Below are positions 19,367 to 29,402 of a stretch of DNA of 64,000 bases, piece after piece; positions within the stretch are counted from its first letter, which is position 1, and each line of letters begins with the position of its first letter. The notes under the pieces are model-generated. The model had not been told where the DNA came from. It did no database searches and saw only the letters and a list, made by a program, of their open reading frames with translations. The position numbers and the translations under genes were made by a program. The stretch spans positions 2,144,001 to 2,208,000 of the forward strand of contig CBDCXL010000002.1 in NCBI GenBank assembly GCA_965223795.1, in the 5' to 3' direction. Origin of the DNA: Nitrospinales bacterium (GTDB lineage: Bacteria; Nitrospinota; Nitrospinia; Nitrospinales; VA-1).

Positions 19367-20338
19367 GTGAAACCCGTTGTCACCGTCACCAATATCTTTC
19401 CCGAAACCGCCCTGGAAAAACTCGCGCCGCATTGCGACCTCAAGACCAACGCCACGGAAACGCCGCCGGCCGAGGAGCAGCTCAAACAGTCGTTCTCCGA
19501 GAGCCAGGCGGTGATCACCTACTTATCGGACAAGATCGGACCGGACATGATCGACGCCGGCAAGAATCTGAAAATTATCGCCAACTACGGCGCAGGCTTC
19601 AACAACATCGACGTGGCGCACGCGGCCAAACGCGGCGTCTACGTGACCAACACGCCGGGCGTGCTGCACGAAACCACGGCGGACCTCACCTGGGCGATGC
19701 TGCTGGCGGTGGCGCGGCAGATCGTGCCTTCGGACGCCTACACGCGCGAGGGCAAGTTCAAGGGCTGGCAGGCGAAGCTGTTTCTGGGCAACGATGTGTA
19801 CGGCAAGACGCTGGGCGTGGTGGGCTGCGGCGAGATCGGCGGCGCGGTGGCGCGGCGGGCGCTGGGGTTTGGCATGCGGGTGTTGTACCACCAGAGAAAA
19901 CGTCTGCCGGAAGCCGAGGAAACAAAACTCAACGCCGAGTTCGTGCCGCTGGACACGCTGCTCAAAGAATCCGATTACGTGACGCTGCACGTTCCGCTGA
20001 CGGCGGAGACGCGCTACCTGATCGCCGCCGAGCAGCTCAACCTCATGAAGCCAACGGCCTACCTCATCCACACCGCGCGCGGCAAGGTGGTGGACGATCA
20101 GGCGCTGGTGGAGGCGCTCAGGGAAAACCGCATCGCGGGTGCGGCGCTGGATGTGTACGAAAACGAACCGGAGCTGACGCCCGGTATGACGGAGCTGGAC
20201 AACCTGCTGCTCTTGCCGCACATCGGCAGCGCCAGCTTCGAGACGCGCGACCGCATGGCGCTCTTGGTGGCCGACAACGTGCTGGATGCGCTCAACGGAA
20301 AAACGCCGCGCAGCCTGGTGCCGGGGTGGGGGAAGTGA
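19367..20338 (+). CDS. D-isomer-specific 2-hydroxyacid dehydrogenase (glyoxylate reductase/D-glycerate dehydrogenase type)
   Basis: TNTPGVLHETTAD, GxGxIG (GCGEIG), ARG, ALDVYENEP, PHIGSA. Confidence 0.92.
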   Translation: MKPVVTVTNIFPETALEKLAPHCDLKTNATETPPAEEQLKQSFSESQAVITYLSDKIGPDMIDAGKNLKIIANYGAGFNNIDVAHAAKRGVYVTNTPGVLHETTADLTWAMLLAVARQIVPSDAYTREGKFKGWQAKLFLGNDVYGKTLGVVGCGEIGGAVARRALGFGMRVLYHQRKRLPEAEETKLNAEFVPLDTLLKESDYVTLHVPLTAETRYLIAAEQLNLMKPTAYLIHTARGKVVDDQALVEALRENRIAGAALDVYENEPELTPGMTELDNLLLLPHIGSASFETRDRMALLVADNVLDALNGKTPRSLVPGWGK

Positions 20339-20350
20339 GCCTTAAAAGAT

Positions 20351-20430
20351 TTAGACAGGATGGACAGGATAAAAGCGAAAGGCGGGGACTCGCGCAACAC
20401 CCACAGGGTGCCGCCGCGAAGGCGCAAAGT
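20351..20430 (+). repeat. Modular intergenic repeat copy (ACAGGAT module plus degenerate CGCAAAG module)
   Basis: TTAGACAGGATGGACAGGATAAAA (20351-20374) is identical to 63070-63093; GAAAGGCGGGGAC (20377-20389) is identical to 44531-44543. Confidence 0.8.
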
Positions 20431-20546
20431 AAAGCGGGAGAACGAAAGTTGAATAACTCCTTCGATATTGTGTGCGGTAGGGTGTTTTTTGCATACTGTA
20501 AAAACCGCTCATTTTTGCAAACCACGATTGCCCCGTTCCGGGTCTG

Positions 20547-21482
20547 ATGATCTTTAAAAGAATCCGGCGACTGGCGTTCAAACTGCTCGGCAATGTCCGA
20601 AGCCTTCTGTTTTATATTGCCTATTTCGCGCTGGAAGTGCCGGTTTGTGCCTACCATCGCTATATCAAAAAACGAAGCCTGAAGCAACTCGGCATCCGGT
20701 TTCCCATTTTCCATCCGGTCTGCTTCAATCGGGTCGAATTTTTAATTTATTTTGCCAGCAAAGGCATCATCGAGGAGATGATTTTCAGGGAGGGGGTCTA
20801 CGAAGAGGACCTGCTGAACATCGCCGATCGCTTGATCCGGGATAAAACCATCGTGATCGATGTGGGGGCGAATATCGGGTTCATCAGTCTGTATCTGGCC
20901 AAAAAATATCCGGATAACCTCGTGCTCAGCTACGAACCGGTGTCCCTGGCCTACGGCTGCCTGGAAAAATCCAGAAACGTCAATGCGCTGGAGAACATGA
21001 AGGTGTTCAAGACGGGTGTGGGAGCGAGCGCGGACAAGGTCGAAATCCATTCTCCCACTCCGGGAACGTACAACAAGGGTCTGGCTGCCATCGATGCCAA
21101 TTTCGATCTGGACGACACCTTTGTGAAGGAAACGATCGACATGGTCTGCCTGGACGCGCATGTACCGCCCAGTCCGCGGGTCTCCTTCATCAAAATCGAT
21201 GTCCAGGGTTATGAATTCAACGTGCTGAAGGGAGCGAAACAACGCATCGAAAAGGACAAGCCCGCGATCGTGTTCGAGCAGTTCGACGGCTACCACACGT
21301 CTCCTCTGGATGTGCGCAGAGACATCGCGTCGTTTTTCGCCGCTTTGAACTATGAACTCTATTGCATCCGGTCCGGCCGCGTCCCCAGGCCCTATTGTTT
21401 CCTGGAGAAAATAGACATCGCCTCCGAAAAGGCGGTCAACGGGGATATCGTGGCCATTCCCGTGGATTCGGCTGGCGGGTAA
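20547..21482 (+). CDS. FkbM family methyltransferase
   Basis: VIDVGANIG, YEP, FIKIDVQGYEFNVLKG. Confidence 0.88.
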   Translation: MIFKRIRRLAFKLLGNVRSLLFYIAYFALEVPVCAYHRYIKKRSLKQLGIRFPIFHPVCFNRVEFLIYFASKGIIEEMIFREGVYEEDLLNIADRLIRDKTIVIDVGANIGFISLYLAKKYPDNLVLSYEPVSLAYGCLEKSRNVNALENMKVFKTGVGASADKVEIHSPTPGTYNKGLAAIDANFDLDDTFVKETIDMVCLDAHVPPSPRVSFIKIDVQGYEFNVLKGAKQRIEKDKPAIVFEQFDGYHTSPLDVRRDIASFFAALNYELYCIRSGRVPRPYCFLEKIDIASEKAVNGDIVAIPVDSAGG

Positions 21483-21536
21483 GACACGGGGGATTTCCAC
21501 TCCCCCGGCGGCTTTGCGTGTGCATCTCTGCTTTAA

Positions 21537-22634
21537 TCACACATTGAACCGGAAGTGCACGATGTCGCCGTCCTGCACGATGTAGGTCTTTCCCTCGACG
21601 CGGAATTTGCCCGCGTCCTTGATCGCCTGTTCGGTCTTGTACTGCATGAGATCGTCGTAATTGTACACTTCGGCGCGGATGAAGCCTTTCTCGAAATCCG
21701 AATGGATGACGCCGGCGGCCTTCGGCGCGGGCAGGTTCTTGCGCAGCGTCCAGGCGCGGTTCTCCTTGCCGCCCACGGTGAAAAAGGTGACGAGATCGAG
21801 CAGCGCGTAGCCGGCGTTGATCATCTTGTTGAGCCCGGTTTCCTTCAGCCCCATCTCCTCCATGAACACTTTCTGCTCTTCGGGATCGGTGATCTCCATG
21901 ATCTCGTTTTCCAGCTTGCCCGCCAGCACCACGAACTGCGCGCCTTCCTCTTTGGCGAACGCTTCGGCCTGCTTCACGATGCCGCTTTCGCTGTCGGCCG
22001 GGTCGCCGATGTTGGCGACGTAGAGCACCGGCTTGCTGGTGAGCAGGCTCAGCGTGCGCACGAATTTTTTTTCCTCCTCGGTGGTGAAGTCCACCCTGCG
22101 CGCGGGCTCGCCGTCGTTGAGCGCGGCGATGATCTTCTCGACGCAGCCCATCTCGAACTTCGCCTGCTTGTCGCCGCTTTTGGCGGTCTTGGCGAGCTTG
22201 TCCTTGCGCCGCTCCAGCGTTTCCAGATCGGCGATCAGCAGCTCGGTGTTGATCACGTCGATGTCCGAGGGCGGATCGAGCGTGTCGGCAACGTGCGGGA
22301 TGTTGGCGTCCTCGAAGCAGCGCACGATGTGCGCCAGCGCGTCCACTTCGCGGATGTGGCCGAGAAACTGGTTGCCCAGCCCTTCGCCCTTGGAGGAGCC
22401 CGCGACCAGGCCCGCGATGTCGACGAACTCCATCGTGGTGTGCACGGTTTTTTTCGCGGGCACCAGCTCGCCGATGCGGTCGAGCCGCTCGTCGGGCACG
22501 GACACGACGCCGTGCACCGGTTTTGTAGTAGAGAACGCGTAGTTCGCCAGCTCGCCGCCGGCGCGGGTGAGGGCGTTGAAGATGGTGGATTTGCCGGTGT
22601 TGGGCAGGCCGACCAGGCCGCAGGTGAAGCCCAT
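21537..22634 (-). CDS. ychF: Ribosome-binding ATPase YchF
   Basis: GLVGLPNTGKST, DIAGLV...GEGLGNQFL, AAGVIHSDFEKGFIRAEV, GDIVHFRFNV. Confidence 0.96.
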   Translation of the reverse strand: MGFTCGLVGLPNTGKSTIFNALTRAGGELANYAFSTTKPVHGVVSVPDERLDRIGELVPAKKTVHTTMEFVDIAGLVAGSSKGEGLGNQFLGHIREVDALAHIVRCFEDANIPHVADTLDPPSDIDVINTELLIADLETLERRKDKLAKTAKSGDKQAKFEMGCVEKIIAALNDGEPARRVDFTTEEEKKFVRTLSLLTSKPVLYVANIGDPADSESGIVKQAEAFAKEEGAQFVVLAGKLENEIMEITDPEEQKVFMEEMGLKETGLNKMINAGYALLDLVTFFTVGGKENRAWTLRKNLPAPKAAGVIHSDFEKGFIRAEVYNYDDLMQYKTEQAIKDAGKFRVEGKTYIVQDGDIVHFRFNV

Positions 22635-22769
22635 GAGTTTCCTTTCTAAAAATTCGGGCGTGCTCCACTCAAAGGAGCTGCCTTTTTGAAACTATTTGAA
22701 ATTGGTCACTTTTTGTTACATCTGTCCGGTTTCGCCAAAACAACCGGCGTAAATTCAGGGGTTTCGGTT

Positions 22770-22785
22770 TGGCATAATGCTTGCT
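22770..22785 (+). promoter_or_regulatory. Putative sigma54 promoter
   Basis: TGGCAT-AATGC-TTGCT in the ychF / hypothetical divergent gap. Confidence 0.65.
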
Positions 22786-22945
22786 GATTTACCAGCAGGA
22801 GGGCGGCGCTGCGGTTTGGGGCCGGGTTTTCAAGGCGTAAGCCGGTCCGGGGCACTCGGGTCCTGACTGTCGCCGGTCATTATAGCAGACTGCACCTGCG
22901 GTGCGGCAACCGTCCACATCCACCACAACTCTAGCGGAAAACAAC

Positions 22946-24040
22946 ATGCTGCGTTCGATCATCTGGACGGTTTTATTTTTGTCGGTGCTGGCGGTGTCGG
23001 CATTCGGGCTGCTCATCCTGCTTGTCTCGGCGAAAGAGGGCGGGGAAACCTGGCAGCTCGTCACGGGCGCCGGCGTCTTTCTGGTTGTGCTCGTCCTCTG
23101 GTGGCGGCTTGCGTCCGGGTTCGAAGGCCGCTACAACAAGACCATCTCGACGCTGGGCAAGGCGGTGCTGACGACGCTGTTTCTGTTCTTCACGGTGATG
23201 GCGACGCCGTACGTGCTGGCCTCGATCCAGGGGCCGCGCTTTGCGGAACAGGCGAGAATCGAAAATTTCACCGAAACGGCCATCGAGTGGCCGGGCTTTG
23301 CGGGGCCCGTGGGCCTGCGTCTGGAGTGGGATCTGGTGCACCCCTTTCACGAAGTGGGCGTGCTGTATCCTCCGAAGGTTTGGATGGGTACGTTCAAGCG
23401 GTTTGATCTCCCGAATGCCTATTTCAGTCTCGACTTCCATTATTTTAAAGAGGGCGACACGCAGCCGGACGCGCGCCGTCTGTCGGTGCTGGAAAGCCTG
23501 CCCTTCGGTCCGATGGGGGATTCGGACGGGCTGCTTTCTTCAGAGAGACGGACGCACCTGGTTTACGATCTGTATCCCAAAAATCTGGTGCACCTTGAAT
23601 CGTCGGACAAGCTGTGCCTCAACCGCGACAGCTTTCCCATCAACACGTCGCTCAAGGGACCGCCGGTCTATCATCAGGGAGAGGACCTGAGCGCGCTGTG
23701 GTTGTTCGCGGGCGGGTCGAACCTGACAGTCGATTTGAGTCCGCTGCTCATGAACGAACTGCGCAAACAAAGCCGGTTGCAGGGCAGGCAGCGCGAGTGG
23801 AAGGCGATGCAGAAACGGTTTCAACCCGCCGGGCTGCGCCTCGCGGGCTACGACCCGTGCCGCCTGGAGAAAGGCAATCTGGATTTTGTCAAAGGACGGC
23901 TCTGTTTCTGCAAGAACCGGCGCGGCCGCGGACCCCTACGCCGGGCCCCGCTGGAGGTTCCCGTTATCAAGCCCAAGGGCATGGCGACGCTGAACGCCAA
24001 GCCGCAGCCGCTGGACGCGGTGCCTTCGCACAAAGACTGA
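22946..24040 (+). CDS. Hypothetical membrane protein (3 N-terminal TM helices, soluble C-terminal domain)
   Basis: Long ORF with host-like codon usage and a hydrophobic N-terminus; no recognised motif. Confidence 0.7.
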   Translation: MLRSIIWTVLFLSVLAVSAFGLLILLVSAKEGGETWQLVTGAGVFLVVLVLWWRLASGFEGRYNKTISTLGKAVLTTLFLFFTVMATPYVLASIQGPRFAEQARIENFTETAIEWPGFAGPVGLRLEWDLVHPFHEVGVLYPPKVWMGTFKRFDLPNAYFSLDFHYFKEGDTQPDARRLSVLESLPFGPMGDSDGLLSSERRTHLVYDLYPKNLVHLESSDKLCLNRDSFPINTSLKGPPVYHQGEDLSALWLFAGGSNLTVDLSPLLMNELRKQSRLQGRQREWKAMQKRFQPAGLRLAGYDPCRLEKGNLDFVKGRLCFCKNRRGRGPLRRAPLEVPVIKPKGMATLNAKPQPLDAVPSHKD

Positions 24041-24135
24041 ACTCGATCGCACGGAATCTGATAGGGTGATTTTTTAGAATCTACCGATTTTAGTTTCGAG
24101 AATTCCGTCCCGGATTTTTTTAAGACAAACTCATT

Positions 24136-27100
24136 ATGCAAACACAGTCGAACGGCTTCAAAAATAATGACAATGGATGGCGTGTGAACGCGGCGCGCGT
24201 GTTTTTGCTGTGTGTGTTCTGGCTGGGATTTCATTTTCCGGCCTGGGCGAAAAAACCGGTGCACGTTCCGGAAGCCCTGAAGCCGTGGACGCAATGGGTG
24301 CTGGACGGCATGCCGTCCATCGACTGCCCGTTTCTGGGGAATGCAGTGCCAGCGCCTCGGCCGTCCGGTAAAAACGGCGTTGCGGTACAACGCCTGTGCG
24401 CCTGGGGCTCGGCGCTCAATCTCGCGGCGACATCCAAAGGGGCGCGGTTCGATCAGCAGTGGACGTTTTACGACACGGCGACTCTGCCGCTGCCGGGCGA
24501 CAAGCAGCACTGGCCGCTGGCGGTGCGCGCCGGCGGGAAACCGGTGCCGGTGACCGAACGCAACGGCGTGCCCACGGTCACGCTGAAAAAAGGCAGCTAC
24601 CGCATCGAAGGCCGCTTTGAATGGACCCGGCTGCCGCAGTGGCTGACGCTGGGATCCTCCACCGGGCTGGTGCGGCTCACGCTCGACGGCAGGAACATCG
24701 AATTTCCGCAGTACAGCGGCGGGCGCATCGGCCTGGGGCTCAAGCAGAACAAGGACGCGCAATCCGCGCCCGCGCGCATCCACATGAAGGTGTTCCGTAA
24801 AATCTACGACGACGTGCCGCTGACGGCCGAGACGCGGCTCGTGCTCGACGTTTCGGGGCCGGGCCGGGAAGTGGTGCTCGGCCGCGCGCTGCTGCCGGAG
24901 CATTATCCGCTCGGCATCGCCAGTCCGCTGCCGGCGCGGCTGGAGGCGGACGGACGCCTTAGGCTGCAGGTCAAACCGGGTCACTGGGAGATCGTGCTTT
25001 CAAGCCGGCATCCGCGGCACGTGCTGAAAATCCCGCTGGATGATCCACAGGGACCCTGGGCGGAAGAGGAGATCTGGAGTTTTCAGGCCAACACGTCGCT
25101 GCGCCATCTGGAGCTTTCCGGCCTGCCGCCGATCGATCCCGTGCAGTCGGGCGTGCCGCAAAACTGGCGGCAGCTGCCTGCGTTCAAGGTGAAGCCCGGC
25201 GAAGCGCTGATTCTGAAAGAAAAACGCCGCGGCAATGCGGAGCCCGCCTCCAACGTATTGCACCTCAATCGCGAGATGTGGCTCGATTTCGCCGGAACCG
25301 GCTACACCGTGCAGGACCGCCTCACCGGAACGCTCAACCAGGGCTGGCGTCTGGACGCGCACCCGGACATGCAGCTCGGCCGGGTCAACGCCGCGGGACG
25401 CGACCGGTTGATCACGCATTCCAAGGACGGCGCGACCTCCGGGGTGGAGGTGCGGCAGGGCAAGATCGACATCACCGCCGTCAGCCGTATGGATGCGAAA
25501 GGGCACGCGTTTCCTGCTGTCGGCTGGCGGCACGACGTGCAGTCGCTCGGCATCCAGGTGCAACTGCCTCCCGGTTACCGCCTGCTCACGGCGACCGGCG
25601 TGGACGCGGTGCACACCAGCTTCATCGGCCGCTGGACGCTGTTCGATCTGTTCATCCTGCTGATGATCACGGCCTCGGTGAGCCGCCTTCTCGGCAGGCG
25701 CTGGGGCGTGGTGGCGTTTTTCACCGTCGGCCTGCTCTACCATGAAGCCAACGCGCCGGTGTTCGTCTGGCTCAGCATCGTCGCCAGCCTGGCGCTGCTC
25801 AACGTGCTGCCCGAAGGCCGGTTCCGCACCGTGGTGGTCTGGTACCGAAACTTGAGTTTTCTCGCGCTGGCGCTGATCGCGCTGCCGTTCATGATCGATC
25901 AGGCGCGGCAGAGCCTGTACCCGCAGCTGGAAGGCGCCGGGCACCGCGCGGTGCCGCCGTACGGCGTGCGCGTCGCATCGCGCGCCGTGGACAAACTGCA
26001 GAAGAAAAAGGAATCCAAGATAGAACCGGGAATGGGAGATGTGGCCGCGCCCGCCGAATCCGAGGAAGACATTGCGGATTCGTTTTCGAACCGCTACTCC
26101 GCATCGAAGTTGGCTGGACAAAGGGAGTTCAAGCGCATCGATCCCAACGCACAGATACAGACCGGACCGGGACTGCCGGCCTGGCGGTGGAATTCGGTGC
26201 GCCTGTCGTGGAGCGGTCCGGTGGGGCAGGGCGAGGACGTGAAACTGGTTTTGATTCCGCCGATCGTGAACCGGGTTTTGGGCTTTGTTCGTATTTTTCT
26301 GGTGGTCGCGCTCAGTGCGGGCCTGCTGCTCCGGCTGCGCTCCGGCCCCGGTTTTTTTCCGCCGAAAACGGCGGCGGTGGCGGCGGGGCTGGCTGCGGCG
26401 TTGTTATTCCACGTTGGGGCGCCCGTGCCCGCCGCAGCGGAGATGCCCACGCCCGCGATGCTTGAGGAACTAAAACAACGGCTGCTCGCGCCGCCCGAAT
26501 GCGGCGCCTGCTTTGAGATCGAGCGCGCCGAAGCGCAGGTGCAGGGCGGCCGGTTGACGATCCGGCTGGATGCGCACGTCGAGGAAACGCTGGCGCTGCC
26601 GCTTCCCGGCAGGCGCAACCAGTGGCTGCCGCAGTCGGTGGTGCTCGACGGCAAACCGGCAAAACAATTGCTGCGGGTCGACGGAAAACAGGGCGTCTGG
26701 CTGCGCGTGACGCCGGGAATCCATCAGGTCGTGCTGTCGGGACCGCTGCCTGAGACCGATCAGGTGCAGGTGTTTTTTCCGCGCAAGCCGCACCGGTTCA
26801 CGGCGCGCCTCAAAGGCTGGCAGGCGGGCGGCATGCAAAACGGCCGCCTGTTGAGCGACAGCCTGCAACTCACGCGCATTCAGAAATCCGCCGAAAAGAC
26901 TGTCCTGCGTTCGGACGCACCGCCGGCGTTCGTGGTGATCGAGCGCCTGCTGCGTCTGGGCCTCGACTGGCAGGTGATCACCAAAGTCCGGCGCGTGGCG
27001 CCGCCGCTGGGGCCGATCAATTTCGCCGTGCCGCTCATCGAGGGCGAGTCGGTGCTGAGCGAAGCGGTCAAAATGGAAAACGGCCGGGTCCTGGTTTCGC

Positions 27101-28287
27101 TGGGCGCGAGCGCCCGGCAGGTGCAGTGGGTCTCGACGCTGGAAAAAACCGGCAGACTCAAGCTCACGGCGCCCAACAACACGAACTGGGTGGAGCTTTG
27201 GACGCTCGATGTCAGCCCCACCTACCATGTCGAATTTTCCGGCATCCCGTCTGTGCTCAGGCAGAACCAGGGAGCCTGGCAGCCGCAGTTTAGGCCCTGG
27301 CCGGGGGAAAGCCTGACGCTGGACCTCACCCGGCCGGAAGGCGTTGCCGGCAGCACGCTCGCCATCGACGCGGTGGAGCTGCGCATGACGCCGGGCGCGC
27401 GGACGACGCAGTCGGACCTGAAACTCAAGATCCGCAGCAGCCAGGGCGGACAGCATCCGGTGGTGCTGCCGGAGAACGCCCATTTGGACTCGGTGACGCT
27501 GAACGGAAAAACCCAGCCGATCCGCCAGGAGGGGGCGCTTGTGGCGCTGCCCATCCGCCCGGGCGAACAGGATTATCATCTGCGATTTTCGATCCCCGAA
27601 GGCGTGACCGCGAAAACCGGCACGCCCGCCATCGACCTCGGTCATCCGGCGGCGAACGTGCATGCCATCGTCACCGTTCCGCGCAACCGCTGGCTGCTGT
27701 TCGTGCACGGGCCGAGCATGGGGCCGGCGGTGCTGTTCTGGGGAGAACTGTTCGTGGTTCTGGTGCTGGCGCTGCTGTTGGGCCGCTATTCCCGGCTGCC
27801 GCTCAAGACCTGGCACTGGATGCTGCTGGGCGTCGCCATGAGTACCATCGCCCTGACCCAGTTTCTCATCGTGGTGGGGTGGTTGTTCGCGCTTTCCCAG
27901 CGCGAGCGCGCCGCAACCGGGGAGTGGCCGCGCTGGCAGTTTAATTTCATGCAGGCGGGGCTCGGCTTCCTCACGGTGGCGGCGGTGGGCTGTCTGTTTT
28001 TCATCATCGGCACCGGGCTTTTAAGTTCGCCGGACATGGCGGTGGTGGGGAACCAGTCTTCGTCGCATTCGCTGCACTGGTTCGCCGACCGCATCGCGGG
28101 CCCGCTGCCCGAAGCGTGGTTCGTGTCGGTGCCGCTTCTGGTGTACCGGGTCGCCATCCTGCTTTGGGCGCTGTGGGTGGCGTTCGCGCTGCTTGGCTGG
28201 CTCAAGTGGGGATGGAACTGCTTCAGCCGCGACGGCCTGTGGCGCAGGAAAACGAAAATAGTGGTGCCGAAAACCAGCACCGCTTGA
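24136..28287 (+). CDS. Large hypothetical membrane protein (1383 aa; two soluble regions each followed by TM bundles)
   Basis: Signal peptide, VPEALKPWTQWVL...CPFL start, central and C-terminal TM clusters. Confidence 0.8.
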   Translation: MQTQSNGFKNNDNGWRVNAARVFLLCVFWLGFHFPAWAKKPVHVPEALKPWTQWVLDGMPSIDCPFLGNAVPAPRPSGKNGVAVQRLCAWGSALNLAATSKGARFDQQWTFYDTATLPLPGDKQHWPLAVRAGGKPVPVTERNGVPTVTLKKGSYRIEGRFEWTRLPQWLTLGSSTGLVRLTLDGRNIEFPQYSGGRIGLGLKQNKDAQSAPARIHMKVFRKIYDDVPLTAETRLVLDVSGPGREVVLGRALLPEHYPLGIASPLPARLEADGRLRLQVKPGHWEIVLSSRHPRHVLKIPLDDPQGPWAEEEIWSFQANTSLRHLELSGLPPIDPVQSGVPQNWRQLPAFKVKPGEALILKEKRRGNAEPASNVLHLNREMWLDFAGTGYTVQDRLTGTLNQGWRLDAHPDMQLGRVNAAGRDRLITHSKDGATSGVEVRQGKIDITAVSRMDAKGHAFPAVGWRHDVQSLGIQVQLPPGYRLLTATGVDAVHTSFIGRWTLFDLFILLMITASVSRLLGRRWGVVAFFTVGLLYHEANAPVFVWLSIVASLALLNVLPEGRFRTVVVWYRNLSFLALALIALPFMIDQARQSLYPQLEGAGHRAVPPYGVRVASRAVDKLQKKKESKIEPGMGDVAAPAESEEDIADSFSNRYSASKLAGQREFKRIDPNAQIQTGPGLPAWRWNSVRLSWSGPVGQGEDVKLVLIPPIVNRVLGFVRIFLVVALSAGLLLRLRSGPGFFPPKTAAVAAGLAAALLFHVGAPVPAAAEMPTPAMLEELKQRLLAPPECGACFEIERAEAQVQGGRLTIRLDAHVEETLALPLPGRRNQWLPQSVVLDGKPAKQLLRVDGKQGVWLRVTPGIHQVVLSGPLPETDQVQVFFPRKPHRFTARLKGWQAGGMQNGRLLSDSLQLTRIQKSAEKTVLRSDAPPAFVVIERLLRLGLDWQVITKVRRVAPPLGPINFAVPLIEGESVLSEAVKMENGRVLVSLGASARQVQWVSTLEKTGRLKLTAPNNTNWVELWTLDVSPTYHVEFSGIPSVLRQNQGAWQPQFRPWPGESLTLDLTRPEGVAGSTLAIDAVELRMTPGARTTQSDLKLKIRSSQGGQHPVVLPENAHLDSVTLNGKTQPIRQEGALVALPIRPGEQDYHLRFSIPEGVTAKTGTPAIDLGHPAANVHAIVTVPRNRWLLFVHGPSMGPAVLFWGELFVVLVLALLLGRYSRLPLKTWHWMLLGVAMSTIALTQFLIVVGWLFALSQRERAATGEWPRWQFNFMQAGLGFLTVAAVGCLFFIIGTGLLSSPDMAVVGNQSSSHSLHWFADRIAGPLPEAWFVSVPLLVYRVAILLWALWVAFALLGWLKWGWNCFSRDGLWRRKTKIVVPKTSTA

Positions 28288-28331
28288 TGCGCTTGCGATA
28301 GCGAATCGAACCTGAACGGAAGGATGGTTTC

Positions 28332-28773
28332 ATGCTCTCCAATCTGAAAACCACCGACCGGCTGCTCATCGGCCTGATGGGCGGTCTCTCGGCGATCCTG
28401 GCGGCGGCGCTGTGGGCGCTGTGGATTCATTTCGCCATCCTGTGCATGGGTCCCGAAGGCGGCGCGGTGGACATCCAGGTGTGGATGACCTGGGTGTTTT
28501 CGTTCGAGTTTTTTTTCACCCGCATCGCCTGGGCAGCGTTCCGCAGAATCCTCGAACCGGGGCCTTGCCTGATGCCGGTGTAAGGAATGGCACAAGCTCG
28601 CTCTGATCCTGTTTGTGGTCGGTGCCGCCGGCGGCGGCGCATTTCACTGGGCGGCGGCGCTGGTGCCCTGGACCCTGTCCTGCCTCTGCCTGTTTCTGGA
28701 CCGCCGGGTACAGCGGTTTTTAGGCCAGATGAACGGCATGCCCGTGTCCGGCTCCGCGCGCGAAACCGTCTAA
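28332..28773 (+). pseudogene. Small membrane protein apparently split by a +1 frameshift at about 28581
   Basis: ORF 28332-28583 stops at TAA, but the +1 frame continues KEWHKLALILFVVGAAGGGAFHWAAALVPWTLSCLCLFLDRRV...ETV to a stop at 28771-28773. Confidence 0.55.
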
Positions 28774-28900
28774 GCCTCCTGCCCCTGATTTCCCGCCTTG
28801 AGTGCCAATTTATGTAAGACTGTCTGAATTATCACAACTTATTCGTGCCTCCCCGCAGCCTGATCCGCGTAAACCCTTATCGATAAACGTTTCCCCTGTT

Positions 28901-28916
28901 TGGCATCTATATTGCT
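28901..28916 (+). promoter_or_regulatory. Putative sigma54 promoter
   Basis: TGGCAT-CTATA-TTGCT, about 57 bp before the ORF at 28974. Confidence 0.65.
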
Positions 28917-28973
28917 GTTTTTTAGGCATCTATTCCATTTTTACCGGGCTTAAGAGCCGAAAGAGGGGGACTT

Positions 28974-29402
28974 GTGCGCTGTTTTTACCACTCACAGATC
29001 GAAGCCATCGGGAGCTGCCAGGCTTGCGCCAAGGGGCTGTGCCGTGAGTGCGCCCACAGCGTGGATTCCGGGGTCGTGTGCAAGGGCTACTGTGAGGACA
29101 AGGTCCTGAGATTCCAGAATCTGGCGCAGTCGCACGCCAAAAGCCTTGCCGGTTCAGGACGCACGGTGTGGGTTTCCTCCGCGTCGACGGCGGCGGCCGG
29201 GATTTTTCTGATTCTGATCGGCATCCGTTTTCCGGGGCCGTTGTTTCTGGTTCCCCTTCTGGGCATCGCGTGTGTCCTGATGGGGCTGAGCTGCCTTTAC
29301 TTAAAGCGCGACGTTCTCAAAGATCCGGGTCCGCTCAGGCAACCGCGGAAACTGGAGGCGGCCGGCGCGAACAAATCCGTGCGGGAACCGGGTGAACGAT
29401 GA
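28974..29402 (+). CDS. Small membrane protein with N-terminal B-box-like zinc finger
   Basis: CFYH-x8-CQAC-x4-CREC...CKGYC followed by two TM helices; AGAGGGG SD upstream of a GTG start. Confidence 0.7.
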   Translation: MRCFYHSQIEAIGSCQACAKGLCRECAHSVDSGVVCKGYCEDKVLRFQNLAQSHAKSLAGSGRTVWVSSASTAAAGIFLILIGIRFPGPLFLVPLLGIACVLMGLSCLYLKRDVLKDPGPLRQPRKLEAAGANKSVREPGER

